DNA from: Candidatus Iainarchaeum sp.
GTDB lineage: Archaea > Iainarchaeota > Iainarchaeia > Iainarchaeales > JACQJH01
Assembly: GCA_016205145.1 (NCBI GenBank)
Contig: JACQJH010000002.1
Span: forward strand, 150,001 to 182,000
Reading direction: 5' to 3'
Length of the DNA stretch: 32,000 nt
A model generated the notes under the pieces. The model was not told the DNA's origin. It searched no databases and saw nothing but the letters and a program-made list of their open reading frames with translations. Shown in pieces: positions 1 to 7,574 of this stretch (positions within the stretch are counted from its first letter, which is position 1; each line of letters begins with the position of its first letter). The position numbers and the translations under genes are program-made.

Positions 1-525
1 CTGCCTGAAAACGAGCGACAGCAGCTTGCAAGACTTTGCAGAAATGAAGTCGTCACGAGGCTGGGCAAGGGAACTTTTTCTTCGGCGAGAAACGATCTTG
101 ACCTTGGCGGAATGATTCAACTCGCTGCGAAAGCGGCGTCTGACAAATTCGTCAGGCCCGAAACCGGCAAGCGTCCGCCGGAGGCAACGCCCGGAGAAAC
201 CCCCAAGCGCCGAAAACAAAGCCCGAAAGAACAAAGGGCCCTGCAGTGCCTCCAAATCCTGGCCCAAGAGAAAGGCATAGACTTCCTAAGCCCCGAAAGC
301 ATAGCAGTAGCCAACGCAATACCCCATGACCGGCGGACCCGTGAACAGAGGCTGTTAGTCAGGATAGCCGCGGACCATATCACAAGAGAAATCTTTACAG
401 GCCGCAGCTGGGAAGAAATTGCGGCGCAGGCCGCCGAAAGCGCTCAGCATCCCCGGCAGGAAGGGCACAGGCCCGCCCGCGAGGAACACGGCGAGCCGCG
501 CAAGCCGCCGAAAAGAAGGCCCTGA
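1..525 (+). CDS. hypothetical protein, probably 5'-truncated by the window edge; Lys/Arg/Pro-rich C-terminal tail
   Basis: Frame 1 has no stop from nt 1 to the TGA at 523-525. The ORF track lists 112..525 from the first ATG. No family motif recognised. Confidence 0.4.
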   Translation: MPENERQQLARLCRNEVVTRLGKGTFSSARNDLDLGGMIQLAAKAASDKFVRPETGKRPPEATPGETPKRRKQSPKEQRALQCLQILAQEKGIDFLSPESIAVANAIPHDRRTREQRLLVRIAADHITREIFTGRSWEEIAAQAAESAQHPRQEGHRPAREEHGEPRKPPKRRP

Positions 526-593
526 AAACGCCAACGGAACGACAAAAACAGTTTTAAGCACTACACAACGGACTTTTAGCGGGGGAAAAGTTT

Positions 594-1088
594 TTGGCTG
601 AAGGAAAAGAAACACGGGAAAGCGGGCGGGGCGCAAAGCAGGCGCACTCGCATTCCGACAGGATGTCCTGGGACGATTATTTCATGGCAATCGCGGAACT
701 CGCGTCAAAGCGCGCGACCTGCCCGCGCAGGAGCGTCGGCGCGGTTCTCGTAAAGAACAAGCGCATAATCGCGACCGGCTACAACGGCTCTCCGCCGGGC
801 CAGCCGCACTGCATCGACGTCGGCTGCCTGATGGTGGACGGGCACTGCATCCGAACAATCCATGCCGAGGAAAACGCGATTGTTTTCTGCGCACGCGCAG
901 GCATTCCTGTGGAGGGGGCAACGCTTTACATCACCTCATCGCCATGCCAGCACTGCGCAAAAGTCATAATCGCCTCCGGCATAACGGAAGTCGTTTACGG
1001 CGACGAGTACTGGGCATCCGAGCACGCAAAGCAGTTCCTTGCAGGCTCCGGCATAAAGCTGCGGAAATCCGAACTCAAAAACGCCTAA
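594..1088 (+). CDS. dCMP (deoxycytidylate) deaminase, cytidine/deoxycytidylate deaminase zinc-binding family
   Basis: Zinc-ligand motifs HAEENA and PCQHCAK (PCxxC). N-terminal WDDYFMAIA...RATC is typical of dCMP deaminase/ComEB. TTG at 594 has GGGGGA (581-586) 7 nt upstream. The first ATG at 663 is an alternative start. Confidence 0.85.
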   Translation: MAEGKETRESGRGAKQAHSHSDRMSWDDYFMAIAELASKRATCPRRSVGAVLVKNKRIIATGYNGSPPGQPHCIDVGCLMVDGHCIRTIHAEENAIVFCARAGIPVEGATLYITSSPCQHCAKVIIASGITEVVYGDEYWASEHAKQFLAGSGIKLRKSELKNA

Positions 1089-1122
1089 AATTTTATTCTG
1101 CTTACTCGGCTGTTCACAACGC

Positions 1123-1253
1123 AGGGGCTAGCGCCCCTTGCAAACCCCTTGCGTGGTATTGCTTGCGCAATACCACTTATGCACAAACAGCCTACTCGGC
1201 GTATTGCGATTAGCAATACGCCTTAGTTCCGAACCAGCCGGACGGAAACGGCT
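1123..1253. repeat. cluster of tandem inverted repeats (stem-loops) in an intergenic spacer; function unknown
   Basis: Perfect stems: AGGGGC/GCCCCT (1123-1138), TGGTATTGC-TTGC-GCAATACCA (1154-1175), GGCGTATTGC-GATTA-GCAATACGCC (1198-1222) and AGCCG-N8-CGGCT (1236-1253). Direct repeat TACTCGGC at 1103-1110 and 1193-1200. Confidence 0.6.
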
Positions 1254-1268
1254 CGGCGAGGAAAAAGC

Positions 1269-1276
1269 ATTTAAAG
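1269..1276 (+). promoter_or_regulatory. TATA-box-like element (ATTTAAAG) for the lipoprotein/K+ channel operon
   Basis: AT-rich TTTAAA core about 20-25 nt upstream of ATG 1295, and about 28-35 nt upstream of ATG 1304. This is consistent with a leaderless or short-leader archaeal promoter. Confidence 0.35.
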
Positions 1277-1294
1277 TGGTAAACCAAAGGTATA

Positions 1295-1831
1295 ATGGAT
1301 TCCATGAAACCACAAACCGCATTCGCCATGGTTTTGCTTTCGGTTTTCCTGTCCGGCTGCGCGCAGGCTCCCGGGCAACAGCAAAATTCCGGCAACGGCG
1401 GATCGCAGGCAAACATCGAAGTGCCCGCCGGCATCGCGCCGCTCGCCGACGACAATTCCCTGCAGCAGTTCACGAACAACCGGCTGCCTGCGCAAATTCT
1501 GGGCGGCTTGGAAATAGCGCCGCTCGAATGCTCTTCCTCGTTCATTCCCGGAATAGGCAATTCACTGGTGTGCACCGCCGCATTCACCAACAATTCGGAT
1601 GAAATCAAGAAGTTTGCCGCAACCATTGCAGTGAAGGATTCTTCTGGCGGCTGCATAATGAAATGCGATGAAGGTTTCGAACTCAACAAGGCATTCATTG
1701 AAATCGCGCCGGATGACACGCAGGAAACCGACTTCACGTGCACGCTCAAGAGCTTTGAAAACCTGAAACCGGAGCTTGTCCTGACACAGGGCGATTACGC
1801 GGCCGAGGGCATCCAAAGGTGCGGGCAATGA
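1295..1831 (+). CDS. secreted Cys-rich lipoprotein-like protein (hypothetical)
   Basis: Signal peptide ending in the lipobox-like LSGC (Cys22), followed by a Gln/Gly/Asn-rich linker and six further Cys. The stop TGA (1829-1831) overlaps the ATG (1828-1830) of the next gene. Confidence 0.7.
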   Translation: MDSMKPQTAFAMVLLSVFLSGCAQAPGQQQNSGNGGSQANIEVPAGIAPLADDNSLQQFTNNRLPAQILGGLEIAPLECSSSFIPGIGNSLVCTAAFTNNSDEIKKFAATIAVKDSSGGCIMKCDEGFELNKAFIEIAPDDTQETDFTCTLKSFENLKPELVLTQGDYAAEGIQRCGQ

Positions 1832-2181
1832 ACTGGACGGCGAAAAAAATCCAGATTCTCAGCCTTGCCATGGCAATCCTTTTCCTGATTTTCGTCGGAA
1901 CCGCATTCTACAACCTGCACGAGGGCTTTACTCTGATCGACTCGTTCTACCTTGCGGTTTCAACGCTTTCAACAGTCGGCTTCGGGGACGTGCACCCGGT
2001 AACGGAGATCGGAAAGCTTTTCACCGCGTTTTACATCCTGTTCGGCGTCGCGGTCTTCCTCTACTCGGTCGGCGCGATTGCAGCATTATACGTGAAAAGC
2101 GAGCAGAAAGCGATAATCGGCGTAATGGAAAAAAAGCTGCACGCAAAGCTTGAAGAGCATCTTGGGAAAAAGGCAAAATAG
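1828..2181 (+). CDS. minimal two-TM potassium channel (117 aa) with no cytoplasmic gating domain
   Basis: TM1, pore helix and selectivity filter TVGFGD, then TM2, then a short charged C-terminal helix. AGGTG lies 6 nt upstream of ATG 1828. The ORF track start at 1819 is a GTG. Confidence 0.85.
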   Translation: MNWTAKKIQILSLAMAILFLIFVGTAFYNLHEGFTLIDSFYLAVSTLSTVGFGDVHPVTEIGKLFTAFYILFGVAVFLYSVGAIAALYVKSEQKAIIGVMEKKLHAKLEEHLGKKAK

Positions 2182-2226
2182 CGTTTCCGGCATATCCGCC
2201 AGTCACCAGAACTTTTGCCTGGCCGT

Positions 2227-2679
2227 TCACTCAATCATGCCGGGCGAAACGCTTTCCTTCACGATGTTGAGTATCAGGCTCGTATTGGTCCTCGTCACAT
2301 ACTCTTCGGCCAGGAGCTTCTTGACGAACGCGTTCAGCTCGGACGTGTCCTTGAACTTCGCGATGATAAGCGAGTCAAAGTCGCCGGTGACGTCGTAAAC
2401 CGAGCAGACGTTCTTGTGCCTTGCGAATTTCTGCTCGATTTTCTCCAGGTGCCCGCCCTTTATGGAAATGTTTATGAGCGCGACAACGTCGTAGCCAAGG
2501 CTTTTCGAGTCCACGACCGGCACGATTTTCGAGATTATGCCGTTTGCCTCCATCGCCTTGATGCGGTTGTGCACCGTGCCGATGGTTATGCCAAGCTGCT
2601 TTGCTATGTCCTTGTACCTCGGATTGTTGCCCTCAAGCAGCATGTTCAGGATTTTCTTGTCCGTCGCGTCGATTTCCAA
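2227..2679 (-). CDS. lrp: Lrp/AsnC family transcriptional regulator
   Basis: N-terminal HTH_AsnC (DKKILNMLLEGNNPRYKDIAKQLGITIGTVHNRIKAME) plus a C-terminal RAM/AsnC_trans_reg domain. TTG start at 2679. Divergent from glnA. Confidence 0.9.
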   Translation of the reverse strand: MEIDATDKKILNMLLEGNNPRYKDIAKQLGITIGTVHNRIKAMEANGIISKIVPVVDSKSLGYDVVALINISIKGGHLEKIEQKFARHKNVCSVYDVTGDFDSLIIAKFKDTSELNAFVKKLLAEEYVTRTNTSLILNIVKESVSPGMIE

Positions 2680-2712
2680 AAGACCGCCCCCAGAATTTCA
2701 CAGATAAGCTTC

Positions 2713-2771
2713 ATGCATTAAAAAATTTTTAAATCTGACGGTTCAGGATGCATTTTTTTAAAATTTTTTTT
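2713..2771. promoter_or_regulatory. divergent lrp/glnA control region with paired ATGCAT motifs and A/T palindromes
   Basis: ATGCAT at 2713-2718 and 2748-2753 (35 bp apart). Each is followed by an A/T dyad: TTAAAAAATTTTTAA (2718-2732) and T7A4T8 (2753-2771). A further TATA-like TATTAAATAA lies near 2817-2827. Confidence 0.4.
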
Positions 2772-2895
2772 GCCCCTCCGGCGGCACGTTTTTAAGGGAC
2801 CGGGGCATATCATTGTGTATTAAATAAGTCCGCTTCTTTCAAGGCATCAGATACCGGTCGTCCATGAAGGGAAGGCGACGGGTTTTTCGGGGGTA

Positions 2896-4335
2896 ATGCA
2901 AATGGTCCACAAAAGCGTTCTGGAATTCATAAAATCCGAAAAGCTTGACTTTGTCGACGTGAAATTCATCGACCTGCCGGGCAAATGGCAGCATTTCACC
3001 GTGCCGAGCGCAATGTTCGACGAGGGCTCCTTCGAAGCCGGCCTAGGCTTTGACGGCAGTTCCATCCGAGGTTTCCAGGACATCAACGAATCGGACATGC
3101 TTTTGATGCCGGACGCATCCACCGCGCGCGTCGACCCCTTCTTCAACAAGACACTGAGCATAATTGCGGACGTGAAGGACCCTGAAACCGGCAAATGGTA
3201 CAGCCGCGACCCAAGATACATCGCAAAAAAGGCCGAAAAGCACCTGCTCGACTCAGGAATAGCCGACACAGCATACTTCGGCCCGGAAGCGGAATTCTTC
3301 ATTTTCGACGACGTCAGATACGGCCAGAACGAGTTTTCGGCATTCCATTATATCGACTCGGATGAGGGGGCATGGAACAGCGGCAGAAAGGAAGGAGACG
3401 GCTGCTGCGGGCAAAGCCGCAACCCCGGCTACAAAATCGGCCACAAGGAAGGCTATTTTCCGGTTCCGCCGAACGATTCCCAGCAGGACATCAGAAGCGA
3501 AATGGTCCTTGCAATGCAGAGCATGGGCCTTGACATCGAAGCGCACCACCACGAGGTTGCAAGCGGAGGCCAGGCCGAAATCGACATCAGGTTCGACTCA
3601 TTGCTCAGCATGGCGGACAAGGTGATGACTTACAAGTATGTCGTCAAAAACGTTGCAAGCAAGCACGGCAAGACCGCGACTTTCATGCCCAAGCCCATGT
3701 TTTCGGACAACGGCAGCGGCATGCACTCGCACCAGTCGCTGTGGAAAAACGGCAAAAACCTGTTCTACGACCCGAAAGGATATGCAGGCTTAAGCGAAAT
3801 GGCATTGCATTACATTGGCGGCATACTAAAGCACGCGCCTGCATTGTGCGCATTCATTGCACCGACGACAAATTCCTACAAGAGACTGGTGCCGGGCTTC
3901 GAGGCACCGGTCATTCTGATTTATTCGAAGAGGAACAGGTCAGCCGCAATAAGGATTCCGATGTACTCGCAGAGCGAAAAGGCAAAGCGCATAGAATTCA
4001 GGACGCCTGACCCGAGCTGCAACCCGTACCTGGCATTCTCGGCAATGCTGATGGCAGGATTGGACGGCGTGAAAAACAAGATTGAGCCGGGGCACAGCCT
4101 TGACAAGGACCTCTACGACCTCGAAGCGGATGAGGCGAAAAGCCTTAAGACCGTGCCGAGTTCGCTGAACGAAGCATTGGACGCGCTGGAACAGGACCAC
4201 AAGTTCCTCCTCGAAGGAAACGTCTTCACAAAGGACCTCATCGACATGTGGATTGCATTCAAGCGCGTCAACGACGTGGATGCCATAAGGCTGAGGCCGC
4301 ACCCGTGGGAATTCAAGCTTTACTACGACGTGTAA
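2896..4335 (+). CDS. glnA: glutamine synthetase, type I
   Basis: Full-length GS: an N-terminal beta-grasp ([19 protein letters not shown]) and a catalytic domain ([32 protein letters not shown]). GGGGG at 2889-2893 favours the in-frame ATG at 2902 as the true start. Confidence 0.95.
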   Translation: MQMVHKSVLEFIKSEKLDFVDVKFIDLPGKWQHFTVPSAMFDEGSFEAGLGFDGSSIRGFQDINESDMLLMPDASTARVDPFFNKTLSIIADVKDPETGKWYSRDPRYIAKKAEKHLLDSGIADTAYFGPEAEFFIFDDVRYGQNEFSAFHYIDSDEGAWNSGRKEGDGCCGQSRNPGYKIGHKEGYFPVPPNDSQQDIRSEMVLAMQSMGLDIEAHHHEVASGGQAEIDIRFDSLLSMADKVMTYKYVVKNVASKHGKTATFMPKPMFSDNGSGMHSHQSLWKNGKNLFYDPKGYAGLSEMALHYIGGILKHAPALCAFIAPTTNSYKRLVPGFEAPVILIYSKRNRSAAIRIPMYSQSEKAKRIEFRTPDPSCNPYLAFSAMLMAGLDGVKNKIEPGHSLDKDLYDLEADEAKSLKTVPSSLNEALDALEQDHKFLLEGNVFTKDLIDMWIAFKRVNDVDAIRLRPHPWEFKLYYDV

Positions 4336-4384
4336 AGCATTTTAAATCCGGAAAGGGACACAGTATTTAGGGCATGGTGGTAAC

Positions 4385-4600
4385 ATGGCAGACGACAAGA
4401 AAAAGGCCGGAGCAAAGGACGAGGACGTGAGGCCCAAAGGCTTCAGCGAACAGTTCACAAAGGAAGTGTACGACACATTCGTCGCCTTTGGGCACATACC
4501 GTCCAAAAAAATAGAGCTTGAGCCATTCAAATACCCTTACATTTCAGAGCAGAACGCAAGGCTCATCCGCATGATAAAGCAGAAAAAAGGCGAAAAATAA
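4385..4600 (+). CDS. small Lys-rich hypothetical protein (71 aa)
   Basis: ORF 49 nt downstream of glnA, preceded by GGTGGT. It is followed by a long oligo-T tract. No family recognised. Confidence 0.5.
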   Translation: MADDKKKAGAKDEDVRPKGFSEQFTKEVYDTFVAFGHIPSKKIELEPFKYPYISEQNARLIRMIKQKKGEK

Positions 4601-4609
4601 GCATCCGCC

Positions 4610-4641
4610 TTTACTTTTTCTTTTTTTCTGTTTCTATTTTC
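4610..4641 (+). terminator. oligo-T rich archaeal-type terminator region
   Basis: TTACTTTTTCTTTTTTTCTGTTTCTATTTTC lies immediately after the small ORF. No comparable T-tract lies between glnA and that ORF. Confidence 0.5.
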
Positions 4642-4648
4642 TAGCAGT

Positions 4649-4945
4649 ATGCAAGCCGCAAACGAAATGCAAAACAAACGGCTGCACGCAACCGTTGCCG
4701 GCCACGTGCAAGGCGTTTTCTTCCGGGCGCACTGCCAAAAGGAAGCCGCAAAACTTGGCCTGACAGGCTTTTGCCGAAACCTTGCTGACGGCAGAGTCGA
4801 AGTCGTAGCGGAAGGGCCGAAGGAAAAGCTTGAAGTGCTTGAAAACTGGCTCGCTTCAGGCTCTCCGCACTCGGCAGTCGAAAAAGTCGAAAGCGAGTGG
4901 CTGGAAGCGACAGGCGAATTCCCGGCATTTGAAATAAAATATTAG
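4649..4945 (+). CDS. acyP: acylphosphatase
   Basis: Signature V-x-G-x-VQGV-x-FR (VAGHVQGVFFR), then G.V.N..DG.VE (GFCRNLADGRVEV). The size is about 90 aa. Confidence 0.9.
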   Translation: MQAANEMQNKRLHATVAGHVQGVFFRAHCQKEAAKLGLTGFCRNLADGRVEVVAEGPKEKLEVLENWLASGSPHSAVEKVESEWLEATGEFPAFEIKY

Positions 4946-4975
4946 GCGTTAACTTCATCATCGCCTATATTTCCA

Positions 4976-5455
4976 TCACGCGGTTTTTATGGAGAGCGTT
5001 GTTTCTTCCTCGAAACTCTTGCCTGCGATTTCAAGCGTGATTTTGAGCTTGTAGTCGCCGGAAGAAATGCTGCCGTTCGGATTGGGCCTAACATTGAAGT
5101 CGAAAACGCGTTTCTCGCCCCTGCCGAGGATTTCAATGCCTTTCTGCGCGGGAAAAACTATTATGTTCTGCCTGTCGACCGGCTGAACGCTTAAAACCGC
5201 GCCTTCGACGGTCTTGTCAAAAACGTTTTTCACAGTTACAGACAAGACCGCGCTCTGGCTTTCCCCAAGATTCAATGGATTCCTGTCGAAAGAAAACTCC
5301 ATCGGTTTCGGCGAAAAAAACGCGAGCAAGGTCTGCGCAAGGAAAAACAATACGACGAGCGCGACAATCGCCAGCAGCGGCTTTTTCAGCGATTCAACGG
5401 AAAAGTCGAAATCCAGGCCCGAACCGGAACCCCTGGGCTTTCCATACAACGGCAT
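4976..5455 (-). CDS. membrane-anchored protein with a single CARDB/COG1361-like beta-sandwich domain
   Basis: N-terminal TM (LLAIVALVVLFFLAQTLLAFF), then a beta-rich domain (SAVLSVTVKNVFDKTVEG...DYKLKITLEIAG). The internal ATG at 5455 is preferred. A TATA-like CTTAAAAAAAC on the minus strand lies about 30 nt upstream, inside the longer track ORF. Confidence 0.6.
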   Translation of the reverse strand: MPLYGKPRGSGSGLDFDFSVESLKKPLLAIVALVVLFFLAQTLLAFFSPKPMEFSFDRNPLNLGESQSAVLSVTVKNVFDKTVEGAVLSVQPVDRQNIIVFPAQKGIEILGRGEKRVFDFNVRPNPNGSISSGDYKLKITLEIAGKSFEEETTLSIKTA

Positions 5456-5554
5456 CAGAATCGCACACAAATATGTTCTTTGTTTTTTTAAGGGTTTTGA
5501 ATGGCGGGAATGGCCAGACCCTGCCTGCACGAACGCGTGAAAAACGCGGCAAAA

Positions 5555-5851
5555 TCACGGCAGGACGAACAGCTTGTCGTCGCCTTTGCCGTCGAGGATG
5601 CCGGAGCGGACGCCCGCGTCAAGCCAGGCATGCGCATAGCTGTAGGCCGCCAAGGCAGTCGGGAGTTCGCCTTTTTTTTCAAAATGCCCGGCATCCGAAA
5701 AATAATCTTTCGCCATTTTCAGGAAATCATCCGCGGTTTTCTTCTGTTCCACGGAAATGCCTTTCGCAACCGAAACTTTTTGCAAGGCTTTTTCAGTAAG
5801 CCTGCGGTAATGCGCAACCTTCGCCTTCAGCTCCGATTCCAGTTCAGGCAT
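5555..5851 (-). CDS. small helical protein, DUF357-like (archaeal)
   Basis: About 98 aa and all-helical. The motif AAYSYAHAWLDAGVRSGIL resembles the conserved DUF357 core as I recall it. The start overlaps the dph5 stop by 8 nt. Confidence 0.5.
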   Translation of the reverse strand: MPELESELKAKVAHYRRLTEKALQKVSVAKGISVEQKKTADDFLKMAKDYFSDAGHFEKKGELPTALAAYSYAHAWLDAGVRSGILDGKGDDKLFVLP

Positions 5852-6608
5852 TTTTCGCCAACTCCGCCAAAGCTTCCTTTTCCTTGTCCGAAAGTTTGCC
5901 GCAGACTATGAGACAGGCCGGAACGCCGAAAGAAACCTGTTTCAGTTCGGCAGCCTTGCCTGCAACAATTTTCTCGTGCGCGCTCCCGGCCTGCGAAATG
6001 CCGGCAAGCGTTGCGTTTGCAATGATTTTTGCGCTTTTGCCGCGCTTTTTTTCAATTCCCTCGAGGATTTCAATTGCCTCTTTCACTGCCATAAGCCTTG
6101 CCTTTTCCGCCTTGATGTCAAGCAGGCAGAGCGAGTGCAGGCCGGCTTTGGAGTTTTCCGCTATGGCATCGTAAAACGATTCGGGTGCAAAATTTTTCTC
6201 CGGTTCGACAATGGTTGTGGTGCGGCCGAACTTGTACTGGCTCAAACCTGTTTTTCCCAAAAAGTCGAAAACCGAGATGCCAGCGCGGACAGCGCATTTC
6301 ACGTTCTGCTTTTTGCATTCAAGCAAAATTTCTATGTGCGTCGTCGCGCTCAAAGGGTTGCCGAAGACAAGCAGGGCAATGTCCTCTTTTTTCGCGTTTG
6401 CAACAAAAGCGGCAAGGTCGTCCTCGACGCTTTTCCTGCCGGCCTGCAAAACCTTTTTGCCCAAAAGCGATTCAAGCTCGGCAACACTGCCATCCGAGTA
6501 AACGCTTGTGTAGGTTTCAAGGAAAACCTGCTTGCAGGATTTCGCCTCTTCAAGCGCCTCCAGAGTCAGGTGCTTTGGCTTCAGGCCGAGGCCGATTATT
6601 TTCAGCAT
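5844..6608 (-). CDS. dph5: diphthine synthase (diphthamide biosynthesis methyltransferase)
   Basis: Tetrapyrrole-methylase fold with the diphthine synthase pattern: MLKIIGLGL, FLETYTS, ATTH, GLSQYKFGRTTT and GLHSLCLLDIK. Confidence 0.9.
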   Translation of the reverse strand: MLKIIGLGLKPKHLTLEALEEAKSCKQVFLETYTSVYSDGSVAELESLLGKKVLQAGRKSVEDDLAAFVANAKKEDIALLVFGNPLSATTHIEILLECKKQNVKCAVRAGISVFDFLGKTGLSQYKFGRTTTIVEPEKNFAPESFYDAIAENSKAGLHSLCLLDIKAEKARLMAVKEAIEILEGIEKKRGKSAKIIANATLAGISQAGSAHEKIVAGKAAELKQVSFGVPACLIVCGKLSDKEKEALAELAKNA

Positions 6609-6636
6609 GCATCCACAACCCTGAAACGCCCAAAAT

Positions 6637-7551
6637 TCACAGGCACGTTCCGACTCCCACTGTTATCATGTCGCGCAGGCCCGGGGCCATGCCCAGAACC
6701 AAAAGCAGGAGTTTTGCGAAACCGGCAAGGTTCTCGTTCTGTATTTCGGTTTCAATGTAATGCAGGATGACCATTGCGAGAACGACTTTCACTATGACAA
6801 ACGCAATCGGGTAAACGCCGAGAATCGCGCTTGACAATGGATGCTGTTCGCCGCACGAAAAAACCTGGGTTGCGACAAACGTTGCGCTTCCGTCAAGCGC
6901 CTGCCCGGCAACCACGAGCAGGTTGAGCTGGTTTTCAAGCAGCCTGTTTTTCAAAAGCTTTTCAAGCAAAAGCTTTGCAGCAAGAACGGCAAAGCCGACC
7001 ATTGCCAGAACAAGGAAAACCCCGCCGACAGACGCAAGCCTGAAATTCAAAACGTCGAACGCAAGGACCGGCAACGAGAACAGCAGGCCGAAAGCCGCAA
7101 ACGGCTTGTGGAAACCGGTTTTGAGTTTTTTGCCCGCAAGCCACGCAAAGGCAATGCCGGCAAAGGCGATGAACGCCGTCAAGAACCAAATGCCGGGAGT
7201 GTAGGTGTAATAGCCGAATTCAAGCGGGTTAATCGAACGCGGAAAAATGCCCATGTCCTGGATGATGCGGAAGGCCGAGCCGAACAAAATGTACGGCAAA
7301 AGCGCGAGAATGAATTTGAAATCAAACTTTATTCCGCGCCTGTCAAGCAGCGGAAAAATCACGAAAAACGATAGCAGGAGCAAAATGCCGCCGTAGACAA
7401 GCGTGTTAACCGGATTGTAGCCCTGCACTCCCGGCGAAAGCGCGGGCTCCACAAAGCAGCGCTGCACAATGTCGGTCGACGTGCCCTTGCACAGGCCATA
7501 AAAAAAGTTTTCAACAAGCCCGGTCACAGCCTCACCAGAAAATTTGAACAA
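6637..7551 (-). CDS. polytopic membrane protein, DUF63-like
   Basis: About 8 predicted TM helices. The N-terminal GYNPVNTLVYGGILLL segment resembles archaeal DUF63 proteins as I recall them. TTG start at 7551. A TATA-like CCTATAAAAAATGG only about 14 nt upstream suggests the true start may be the GTG at 7527. Confidence 0.55.
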   Translation of the reverse strand: MFKFSGEAVTGLVENFFYGLCKGTSTDIVQRCFVEPALSPGVQGYNPVNTLVYGGILLLLSFFVIFPLLDRRGIKFDFKFILALLPYILFGSAFRIIQDMGIFPRSINPLEFGYYTYTPGIWFLTAFIAFAGIAFAWLAGKKLKTGFHKPFAAFGLLFSLPVLAFDVLNFRLASVGGVFLVLAMVGFAVLAAKLLLEKLLKNRLLENQLNLLVVAGQALDGSATFVATQVFSCGEQHPLSSAILGVYPIAFVIVKVVLAMVILHYIETEIQNENLAGFAKLLLLVLGMAPGLRDMITVGVGTCL

Positions 7552-7574
7552 TGCACCATTTTTTATAGGTTAAT

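Noticed and set aside
2821-2895. Possible glutamine-sensing riboswitch or structured leader upstream of glnA
   Set aside because: Only a weak 4-bp CGTC/GACG stem is visible. I could not match the conserved glnA-RNA motif core from memory. A covariance-model scan would be needed before claiming anything.
5976-6770. 264-aa ORF on the + strand (also 5884..6174, 6185..6760 and 6211..6501)
   Set aside because: It is antisense to the clearly recognisable dph5 gene. The product is Arg/Cys/Phe-rich with no motif. This is a typical shadow ORF opposite a real gene.
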